From: a virus
Lineage: Duplodnaviria > Caudoviricetes
Length of the DNA: 64,000 nucleotides
Virus record (IMG/VR): IMGVR_UViG_3300019371_000265
Coordinates: 32,001-96,000 of that record
Reading direction: 5' to 3' (one strand)
The translations under genes were made by a program, and so were the position numbers. Shown here piece after piece: positions 28,776 through 36,341 of this stretch (the stretch's first letter is position 1; every line of letters starts with the position of its first letter). The notes under the pieces were generated by a model. The model made no database searches, was not told where the DNA came from, and saw only the letters and a program-made list of their open reading frames with translations.

Positions 28776-29048
28776 TTAAGCCACGTTTTTTATCATGTTG
28801 GAATATTCCGTATTATCCCATGTAAACGTACAATTTTTATACACGTCTTCCATGTCGATTTTCATTGCATCAAAACTTGTATAGCGTATGCATTTTCTAA
28901 TACCATAAGCAGTTATATAATCCATTGTACCGCCCTGAACGCTGTATAACTCTTTACTATAAATATAACCAAAGCAGTCACGATCCACTTTAAAGCTTGC
29001 GTAATGTGGCTTTCCGTTAACTGTTCCAATTTTTATTAATTTTTCCAT
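28776..29048 (-). CDS. Hypothetical protein
   Basis: AGGAGG RBS; stop inside repeat site. Confidence 0.65.
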   Translation of the reverse strand: MEKLIKIGTVNGKPHYASFKVDRDCFGYIYSKELYSVQGGTMDYITAYGIRKCIRYTSFDAMKIDMEDVYKNCTFTWDNTEYSNMIKNVA

Positions 29049-29062
29049 GTTTTAAATCCTCC

Positions 29063-29245
29063 TTACCTTTCCCAATAATATCCAGATCCGTCCAATAAAG
29101 TAATTTGTACACCCTCTGTGTCTGCCTGAATATCTGCAACCTGATTCATGTCAACCATGTCTCTGTTACCAAATCTACCAAATAAAAAAGCACTTATAAC
29201 AAGTGCGGTTGTAATGATCGCATATTTGATTTTTCTCATTGCCAT
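29063..29245 (-). CDS. Small membrane-anchored protein
   Basis: N-terminal TM segment. Confidence 0.6.
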   Translation of the reverse strand: MAMRKIKYAIITTALVISAFLFGRFGNRDMVDMNQVADIQADTEGVQITLLDGSGYYWER

Positions 29246-29254
29246 ATCCTCCGT

Positions 29255-29521
29255 TTAAAAGTTAAGAATCGTACCGCTTCTGTGTAACTCCTGCAAACCC
29301 GTATAACCCGTTTCTGCGTTCTCAAATACCAATGTTTTAGAACTGATTTTAAAGTTTGGCGATATGCTGTTTAATACTTTACTACAAGTCTTCGCTGACA
29401 ACGTAGGCATGTTGCGGAAGTAGAAACTTGACTCGTATGTATCCCTTGCGTTGTACGTGCCGATTAACTGCTTCTTACCTATTGTGTAGATATTTACCTT
29501 CATAACTGCACCTTCTTTCAT
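29255..29521 (-). CDS. Hypothetical protein
   Basis: ORF track. Confidence 0.6.
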   Translation of the reverse strand: MKEGAVMKVNIYTIGKKQLIGTYNARDTYESSFYFRNMPTLSAKTCSKVLNSISPNFKISSKTLVFENAETGYTGLQELHRSGTILNF

Positions 29522-29536
29522 GGATATTTATACGTT

Positions 29537-29743
29537 TTATTGAATATTTACACTTGTAAGTATGTCATACATCAAATTATAATCTTTCATGCTTATATAT
29601 CCTTTATCTAAAGCCATTTCAATTTCACAGAAAAGAACGTTAAAATCCTCTTTTCTTGCATTGTTTACCGCCTTAACAAGTTCATTTTTGTATCCTGCTA
29701 TCACCATTTCAATTCTTTTTTCTACACATCTTGCCTTTATCAT
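29537..29743 (-). CDS. Hypothetical protein
   Basis: AAGGAGG RBS. Confidence 0.65.
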   Translation of the reverse strand: MIKARCVEKRIEMVIAGYKNELVKAVNNARKEDFNVLFCEIEMALDKGYISMKDYNLMYDILTSVNIQ

Positions 29744-29769
29744 TGTAAAATCCTCCTTGCTTTATTAAG

Positions 29770-30476
29770 TACTCATACGAACAATAAACCAATGATTCCA
29801 AAAATAAGAAATTCACTACATATTAAAGATTGTGTAGCAGAGCCTCTCCTGATGAGTAGTTGCCAAGAGCCTTAATCATTGTTCCTTCCATACGTCTTAG
29901 ATATGTTTGGTCTATATATTTTCTCGCATGATAAATAATAAAATCGTGTTACTGTCTGCCGTTTTATATTGGTTGCCTATGACTCATAGGACTGTTACGG
30001 TTGTTCGTTCTGTTTTGGAATTACCCATAGACTGTATGGGATTTTAGAAGTGTTTCGTTCAGGAATGTGCTAGCACCTTCACTAGAAGTGTTTTATATAT
30101 TTGTATCCCGCTTTGTCGCTACCTCTTCAGTCTGTCAGTCTGAAGCCTTATAGCGGTTTTGACTATGTAAGTATAGTCCGTCTGACATTTTACCCGTCCA
30201 TTTTCCGTTATGAGTAAGGTGTGTCAACCTACAACTTTTTCTGGCAAGTTGCCTGACTCCTATTTTGTTCAACTGCCCCATATGGACACACGTTGAACTT
30301 TAGGAAGTCAACCTTTATGATACACATACTTTTTAGGATTTATTTATCTGACCTCATATCCCTCTGCCCTTGCGTAGCTATTGTTAGGGTAATGGCTGAT
30401 ATTACACCAATAAACCTGTAACATAGGTAACACTACTCCAATTACTCCAGATAATACCGTTATTACATATGTGTAT
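29770..30476 (-). ncRNA. Candidate large structured ncRNA (~700 nt)
   Basis: No ORF >=60 aa; at least 10 nested helices including long-range pairs (see findings); strand tentative. Confidence 0.6.
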
Positions 30477-30640
30477 TGTCATTGTGCTTGTCGTGCCGTT
30501 CAATCAGGGATTACATGTGGGAACAAATGTTTCGGATTGAGTTTCCGGTGAAATGTGATAGAATGATTTTGACGTTATCTATACGCTTCACATTTGTTCT
30601 GGGAGTGGCAGGAAGTTTGAGGCTTCCCGCCGTTTGGTGA

Positions 30641-30742
30641 TTAACTTATGTATTCCAGATACTCGGATTCCGTTGCAAATAGTTGGTAGCTGTTATTGAC
30701 GTAACCCATGTAACCGGAAGCAACATAGTAGCCTTTAGGCAT
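30641..30742 (-). CDS. 33-aa peptide MPKGYYVASGYMGYVNNSYQLFATESEYLEYIS (not in track)
   Basis: GGGAGGTGA RBS, ATG, clean stop. Confidence 0.65.
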   Translation of the reverse strand: MPKGYYVASGYMGYVNNSYQLFATESEYLEYIS

Positions 30743-30890
30743 TCATATCACCTCCCATATGTAATTTTGGTTGAGTCTGACAGTTGGTAGCTGTTGGACT
30801 CTTTTCCGTTCTATGGTGGAAACAAGCGTTTCACTTGTTGATTGGTCTATTTGCTTTGATGCTACAGGCTCGCCCTGATAGACCGTTATT

Positions 30891-31049
30891 TCATTCTTCC
30901 CAAATACCGCTTATACTGTCTATGGTGTAGCCTTTCTTTTTGAAATGAGATTGCACCTTCTTTTGCGTACACTCTTGGCTACAGTAAAACCTATGATACG
31001 TTGGCTCACCTTCTGAAACAGTTGTCACTGTGTAATAATATCTTGTCAT
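30891..31049 (-). CDS. 52-aa hypothetical protein (not in track)
   Basis: AAGGAGG RBS; MTRYYYTV... Confidence 0.55.
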   Translation of the reverse strand: MTRYYYTVTTVSEGEPTYHRFYCSQECTQKKVQSHFKKKGYTIDSISGIWEE

Positions 31050-31132
31050 TTTAAATCCCTCCTTATTTAATTTGTAATAGCCTGTGTGGGAATTGCACCC
31101 ACCCCCATGATGTTCTACGGGTAAGACTTGAG

Positions 31133-31321
31133 TTAAGGCTTAATGTTTAGGTATGGCTTAATGTTGATTGTGTCGGAAATGTCGGACAGTTTGGAACAAA
31201 GAACGTTTTCTATTTCCTCATTGATGTTTACAGGAAATGCGAGTGATTTGAATACCTTCTTGCACTTCTTTACAATCTCGTCTTGGATTGCTTGCGGTAG
31301 CTGACATACGTATACTGCCAT
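31133..31321 (-). CDS. Hypothetical protein
   Basis: AAGGAGG RBS. Confidence 0.65.
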   Translation of the reverse strand: MAVYVCQLPQAIQDEIVKKCKKVFKSLAFPVNINEEIENVLCSKLSDISDTINIKPYLNIKP

Positions 31322-31334
31322 GATGGAAACCTCC

Positions 31335-31628
31335 TTAACATGTTTTTAAAAACACTCTTTCGGAAAATTTGTATTTTCCTGTTTCGTCGTTTAAAGGATA
31401 GTAAAACACTTGACATTCCCCGTCTGTTTCAATTAATCGCTTACGTGCAATTTTCTTAATCTCATTAAGGCTGTCGGCATAACCTAGAGTTTCTTTCCCG
31501 TCATATAAATCTACGACCTTAAATTTCTTATTTTCCATATGCAATCCTCCTTTAATAAGTGATTGTGAAAATAAATAATCAACACCTATGTAGCAATCGC
31601 CACCTTTTAGCCTCAACCTAAATGACAC
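31335..31628 (-). CDS. Hypothetical protein (likely start MENKK)
   Basis: AGGAGG before internal ATG. Confidence 0.6.
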   Translation of the reverse strand: MSFRLRLKGGDCYIGVDYLFSQSLIKGGLHMENKKFKVVDLYDGKETLGYADSLNEIKKIARKRLIETDGECQVFYYPLNDETGKYKFSERVFLKTC

Positions 31629-31789
31629 AATGATTTAGGAATGCAAATTTTAAATACAAGATTTTGTATTTACGTCCTAGCAGTTTATAAGGCTTCACCG
31701 TCCGCAAGTTTCATATTGATTATTTAATTTTGAAATGCCTAGTCAGGACTTGACACCTGACTGAACGTTTGGCGTTTAGGCTTGTAGTT

Positions 31790-32017
31790 CTATTCAACAA
31801 TTTCTGTAAAATAATTTTCCAGTACAACTTTATCGCCTATTTGTAATTGGTCTTTGCTTACTGTTGAAATACCTCTAACAGAATTATCTTTCTTGCTGAA
31901 TGTATTAGATTCCATTTCCATAATTTCATTAATAGTAATTGTCCTCATATGATTACCGCCTTTCGATTGACTTGTTTGTGTGTATTTGTATCTCTTAACT
32001 TGATATAAGTATACCAT
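31790..32017 (-). CDS. First gene of leftward early operon (likely start MRTIT)
   Basis: Downstream of promoter at 32008-32036. Confidence 0.55.
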   Translation of the reverse strand: MVYLYQVKRYKYTQTSQSKGGNHMRTITINEIMEMESNTFSKKDNSVRGISTVSKDQLQIGDKVVLENYFTEIVE

Positions 32018-32036
32018 ATTGCTTTACTTTAGTCAA
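32008..32036 (-). promoter_or_regulatory. Major leftward SigA promoter
   Basis: TTGACT-17-TATACT, extended -10; divergent from XRE gene; repeated TACTTT boxes nearby. Confidence 0.75.
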
Positions 32037-32123
32037 TACTTTTATTGTACTTTATAAAAACAATTTACTTTTGTATTCTGATATGATATACTGAAAGACT
32101 ACCAACGAAAGGAGTAATATACC

Positions 32124-32330
32124 ATGAATGAATTAGCATGTATTGTGAGTGACTATATTGACCGTAAAGGCATTAAGAAGCAACACATAGCGGATAGTAT
32201 TGGATTGACCAAACAAGGCTTATATGGCTTAATGAGGAAGAAACAATTCGGAGTGGCTGAAGCTAATCGGATATTGAATGCTATTGACTGTCAATTGATG
32301 ATTGGCATAGTACCAATGGACAAAGAGTAA
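32124..32330 (+). CDS. XRE-family HTH regulator (Cro/CI-like)
   Basis: KGIKKQHIADSIGLTKQGLY HTH; AAGGAG RBS. Confidence 0.8.
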   Translation: MNELACIVSDYIDRKGIKKQHIADSIGLTKQGLYGLMRKKQFGVAEANRILNAIDCQLMIGIVPMDKE

Positions 32331-32371
32331 TGTTTGACTTATATGGCTGTCATATGGTGCGTCTGACGAAC

Positions 32372-32424
32372 AGAACATTTGTTTGTCTGGGATAATAATA
32401 TCATAGTGGAAATGTGATTGTCAA
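32372..32424 (-). promoter_or_regulatory. LexA(DinR)-like box with leftward promoter
   Basis: AGAACATTTGTTTG 32372-32385; TTGACA-18-TATTAT 32424-32395. Confidence 0.55.
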
Positions 32425-32758
32425 TAGAGGGAAATAAAACGCTTAATATCTATAAATGGATATTATTTATTGATGAATGAAACTATAATATGTGGTTATA
32501 GATTGATGTATCTATATAAGATATGGTTATGAGTTGGGATTGAGCGTGGAATGGTGATGGTGAAATGGATCTGAATGAATATATAAGATGTATTTATGTG
32601 TGACTGGATTATTATAAGTTATGATTATGATTAGATTACGTTGTGATTACAACGGAAATGGTGATTCATAGTGATGTAATATAGATATGACTAGTGGAAT
32701 ATAGTTCACAATTGAACTATTATGGTGCAGATGTGTCATACTATATTACATATAGCAT

Positions 32759-32864
32759 TGTGGATATCTTTGTGGATTATTTGTTGATATGTGGATAAGT
32801 ATGTGGATAAGTATATATTATACAGCGTATAGTATTGTGGATAGCTAGGAATAATTGTGGATAA
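32759..32864. repeat. DnaA-box cluster
   Basis: Perfect TGTGGATAA at 32790, 32802, 32856; near matches at 32759, 32771, 32782, 32836; all co-oriented. Confidence 0.75.
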
Positions 32865-33856
32865 CTTTAATTCAGTTGTACACAACCAAATATATCCGAA
32901 CGATTTTATATGTCTGACAACTCGCTCCATTATCAATCCACCTGACACAATATTTTGACCACTATATCAGGAATTACTACCAATATTATCACCTGATTTA
33001 AGCCATTCACAACGTTCTTTTATGATGGAAAACCACGTTACCATGAAACAATGCCCATAGGTGGGGGATATTTTACATTTGAACCGGACTAATACCAGGT
33101 CAAAAGTCGTCTATCTATTCCACGCACACCTCACCTATAATTTTCCATTATTGTCAGATAACTCACCATCAAATTTACCCAAATACTTCGGATATACCTT
33201 CGAGCAGTACCCATATTTAAGCCAAAAAATGAATTGTGTCTCACCTCACACAATTTAAAATGACCACTCAAACACCCAACAAATCCCATAGATAAGCCAG
33301 ATTCTCGAACCCGACCACTTTTTACATTATCCACCAGATCTGCTAAATAATTAATTCAGAAATATTACTTCTCATACACCCAACAAACGTAACTACAACA
33401 AGCGTTTCTTCCATGTTTTAGATCATAATTTCAACCTCTCTCCCGAACCCTGGCTATTTTAATTTTAATACAACTCACTTCACCAAGTTAAACTAAATTG
33501 TACACAAAATGATACACAATATTACTGAATCATGCCTCCAGCATCAAGCACTTCCTATATATAAGCCAAAAATAAATGTGTTAAAATTTATACATCTACA
33601 GACACCTCTCAGCAGCTATATATATCACCCATATAAATCTAATATCCCATCTAATTACCACTCTCTCATTACCATAATACTCACAAAGCGTTATATGACA
33701 CGTAAATCGTCTTAACCTCTCATTGGCACATTTATCCACTGAATCTATTTTGAACGGAATATGAGTATCATATGACGGTCAAACAACTATATTCTTCTTA
33801 TGTCTATATAACGCCAGTTCAGCAGCAAGAATATAGGTGTAAAAATTAATTTTAAT

Positions 33857-33929
33857 AGTTTGAAATAAAATGTTGACATGGTGATATATGGGTGCTATAC
33901 TATGGATAGGTAATAGATGGAAATAAAAT
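33857..33929 (+). promoter_or_regulatory. Major rightward SigA promoter flanked by two operator boxes
   Basis: AGTTTGAAATAAAAT 33857; TTGACA-17-TATACT 33873-33901; AGATGGAAATAAAAT 33915. Confidence 0.8.
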
Positions 33930-34019
33930 TTAGCAAGGAGGTATGGGTATGATTACATTCATAGATAACAGCATCTACAGACAGGTACTCTACTGAAAAA
34001 TATTCAACTATACATATAA

Positions 34020-34051
34020 GGTATTTGGCGATACCAGTTAAAACAGGACTT
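34020..34051 (+). promoter_or_regulatory. UUGGCG hairpin + AAACAGGACUU motif
   Basis: ggtat-ttggcg-atacc-agtta-aaacaggactt. Confidence 0.7.
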
Positions 34052-34225
34052 GAAGTTTGTATCAGATTAATAATCCAGATAAAATGTAACAGAAAATTAT
34101 GTAAGGAAAATATAGATGATAAAGGTGTTTTTCTGCGAAGATTTAACGTGAGTTAAGTCGAAGCAATAAGTACTCTTTTTATATATATTCTTTCTTTACA
34201 GGGGACTGTAAAAATTAATGGTGAA

Positions 34226-34268
34226 AATGTCACTGTCTAACACCAAAATTACCTCAGACAGTGACATT
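34226..34268. repeat. 13-bp perfect inverted repeat upstream of putative initiator
   Basis: aatgtcactgtct...agacagtgacatt. Confidence 0.7.
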
Positions 34269-34440
34269 AAAACGTACTATGGAAATTTTATAAGGCAAAG
34301 GAGATGGAATTTTTATTGAAGAAAAAAGTAAGGACAAAGGATAATCTAGTTTCAGTCCTAGATATTTGTAGCTATGAGTGGAAGTTTAAATTATTACAAA
34401 AGGAATACACGTCTCCTATTAATGGGAAGGTGAATGAGCC

Positions 34441-35244
34441 TTGCAGTTCGTAAAAGTACCAAGGGAACTAATTTATGCAAGCACAGTTAGTGAGAAGCGA
34501 GCTTCATGTTTCTCCTACCTGATATTTAATTCTACTCTTCAAGACACGGTTGCTTACAGCGCAAAACAAATAATAACGTGGTGTGGATTTAAGCCAAACT
34601 GGAATCGCAGTAAAACCAAAGCAAACATATACGATAAATTCTTAGACTGTATGACCTGGATATACCAAAATGGATACATCTTAAATTTTGAAGATACTGA
34701 ATTTACCGGAAACAACTACTGTTACTCACTTCTCAATACAGATAAAATGTTTCCATCAGATAATTTTGGAATAATTTATGATTTTGAAATTGAGAAAATA
34801 AAGAATTACAAATCAAAATACAGGACTCTCACTCAAAGCACTATATTGCTTATACTCTCATACATAAGAGTTAATCTATGGAAGCGGAGCGCTAATTTAG
34901 AATTTCAGGAAGAAAAGTTAAAAAAAGAAAAGCCTGAAATATGCAATAAACAAATATTGGAAATATCAAATGACATTGGGATTTCAGAAAGATTAATTTC
35001 TCGCTCCATAGATATTTTGGTCGAGTTAGACATTATTGACATGTCACCTATGCCACGATTCCAAGACGAACTGGGGAACTGGCACACTGAAGATAGCATA
35101 TTTGTGAATAAATATAAGTTCATAAGAAACGAACATGGAGTAATTATAAAAGATAACTCCTATGATTATGAAAGTGAATTAAGTAATGGAATCGATTTTA
35201 TTAGAAAACGAAAATATGTTAGTAGAAAATTTTATCAAAAATAA
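34441..35244 (+). CDS. Putative replication initiator / winged-helix DNA-binding protein
   Basis: ISNDIGISERLISRSIDILVELDII wHTH; near DnaA boxes and inverted repeat. Confidence 0.55.
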   Translation: MQFVKVPRELIYASTVSEKRASCFSYLIFNSTLQDTVAYSAKQIITWCGFKPNWNRSKTKANIYDKFLDCMTWIYQNGYILNFEDTEFTGNNYCYSLLNTDKMFPSDNFGIIYDFEIEKIKNYKSKYRTLTQSTILLILSYIRVNLWKRSANLEFQEEKLKKEKPEICNKQILEISNDIGISERLISRSIDILVELDIIDMSPMPRFQDELGNWHTEDSIFVNKYKFIRNEHGVIIKDNSYDYESELSNGIDFIRKRKYVSRKFYQK

Positions 35245-35263
35245 TAAGGAGAAAATACATACA

Positions 35264-35464
35264 ATGACAAAAACTAAGAAGACCACACCAAGCCCAGTTC
35301 CATCAAGAGAGGAATTTCACAGAGAATTTGCAGGATTTGTATCAGAAAGAGACTTTGAATCAGACGAGCGTTATGGATATCGTACATATGGATACTCTTA
35401 TCCAACACTAACAGAGTATAAAAACCGTAAATCACGCAACAAATCACAGGGAGGAAATAAATAA
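35264..35464 (+). CDS. Hypothetical protein
   Basis: AAGGAG RBS before MTKTKK. Confidence 0.55.
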   Translation: MTKTKKTTPSPVPSREEFHREFAGFVSERDFESDERYGYRTYGYSYPTLTEYKNRKSRNKSQGGNK

Positions 35465-35465
35465 T

Positions 35466-35771
35466 ATGACTACTATTGAACACAACCAGGACAACAATAA
35501 TGAAAACTGTATTGAATTTCTTACAAACATGCGTAAAATTTCATTCACATTCACAGCTCGTAAGTGGATCAACAAGGTAAAGAAGTTAAAAGAGGAACAT
35601 CCAGATGACATTGACTATGTGGAGAATCCTGATGGCAGTATCTTCGGTCACGCACCTATAAAATATTTTAAGTTGTCGGCTCCACGAAAAGTTGAATTAT
35701 CTGAAGAACAGAAAATTGAGCGTGCTGCCAGAATGAGAACTATTGCAAAAAATAGAATTGATAACAAATAA
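35466..35771 (+). CDS. Conserved-looking phage hypothetical protein
   Basis: ENCIEF...KWINKVKKL...ENPDGSI..H.P. Confidence 0.7.
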   Translation: MTTIEHNQDNNNENCIEFLTNMRKISFTFTARKWINKVKKLKEEHPDDIDYVENPDGSIFGHAPIKYFKLSAPRKVELSEEQKIERAARMRTIAKNRIDNK

Positions 35772-35915
35772 CATTGGCATGTTGAAAACTACAAGATGAG
35801 TATTCAAATCAAGCATCAATTTCGGCTCAAACATATGAGCATGAACATTTTATCACTAACTACTTAAAACCGTAAATCGGTACAAATTTTATGAGAATAT
35901 AAAGGAGAATATGAA

Positions 35916-36236
35916 ATGCCAAATTATAAGAAATTAACAAGTGTAGAGGTATCTGTAAATGAGAATTATGCAATTATCGCAGAAGTAAATAATGATGAAG
36001 TAGATACAAATAAATTCCACTGTGATTTATGGATTCAGGATACGGAAGCTGGTTTAAGAATCCTGATCAAAGAAAATGTAATCGTAAACTCATCTCCCGC
36101 TTCTATGTGCGACAAGGTTGCAGGATATCTTGAAACTCTGATTAACAATGGATATTTCAGCGATGATGTCAAGACTATGGAAAACTTTATCAGCTACGTC
36201 GAAAAATTAAAAGACACTGTTAATAGTTTGAAATAA
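35916..36236 (+). CDS. Hypothetical protein
   Basis: AAGGAG RBS; stop inside operator-like box 36225-36239. Confidence 0.7.
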   Translation: MPNYKKLTSVEVSVNENYAIIAEVNNDEVDTNKFHCDLWIQDTEAGLRILIKENVIVNSSPASMCDKVAGYLETLINNGYFSDDVKTMENFISYVEKLKDTVNSLK

Positions 36237-36255
36237 AATTGATCGATTACATAAA

Positions 36256-36285
36256 AGGCATTGGCGTGCCTGTAGAACAAGACTT
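36256..36285 (+). promoter_or_regulatory. UUGGCG hairpin + GAACAAGACUU motif upstream of RNAP gene
   Basis: aggca-ttggcg-tgcct-gta-gaacaagactt. Confidence 0.7.
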
Positions 36286-36341
36286 TGATGCAGAAATAAA
36301 ATCCATTATAAAATAAAAATAACTAGATAAGGGAGCATTTA

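Larger units (their letters stand above)
1429..28779. repeat. Dispersed intergenic 18-bp quasi-palindrome GT(C/A)AA-N8-TT(G/T)AC, ~40 copies
   Basis: Starts at 1429,1919,2276,3621,4860,5087,6076,7012,7543,8750,9171,9867,10278,11111,11347,11570,12204,15598,16176,17620,17832,18958,19224,19432,19743,19940,21342,21586,21813,22082,22286,23270,23653,23901,24153,24855,26559,27155,27699,28500,28762; e.g. gtcaa-attttcga-ttgac (7012), gtcaa-atgtcaca-ttgac (15598); several copies are degenerate. Confidence 0.9.

Noticed and set aside
1429-28779. Classical integron attC sites
   Set aside because: The repeats are only 18 bp and lack the RYYYAAC...GTTRRRY long-hairpin structure
1429-28779. Repeat arms (TTGAC) as -35 promoter boxes
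   Set aside because: Many copies have TTTAC/TCTAC/TTTAT, and on the minus strand the site is followed directly by an RBS rather than a -10 box
350-28949. Plus-strand ORFs in the left arm (e.g. 4229-4888, 14665-15033, 19078-19401)
   Set aside because: Antisense shadows of the minus-strand arm, without RBS
29849-29880. Hammerhead ribozyme (CTGATGAG)
   Set aside because: No stem II followed by GAAA
30155-30190. Group I intron P7-like GACTA/TAGTC
   Set aside because: The two elements form a local hairpin, and no interrupted gene flanks the region
32736-33715. ORFs 32736-32948, 33061-33258, 33131-33334, 33509-33715
   Set aside because: They overlap DnaA boxes or skewed non-coding DNA and have low-complexity translations; mostly no convincing RBS
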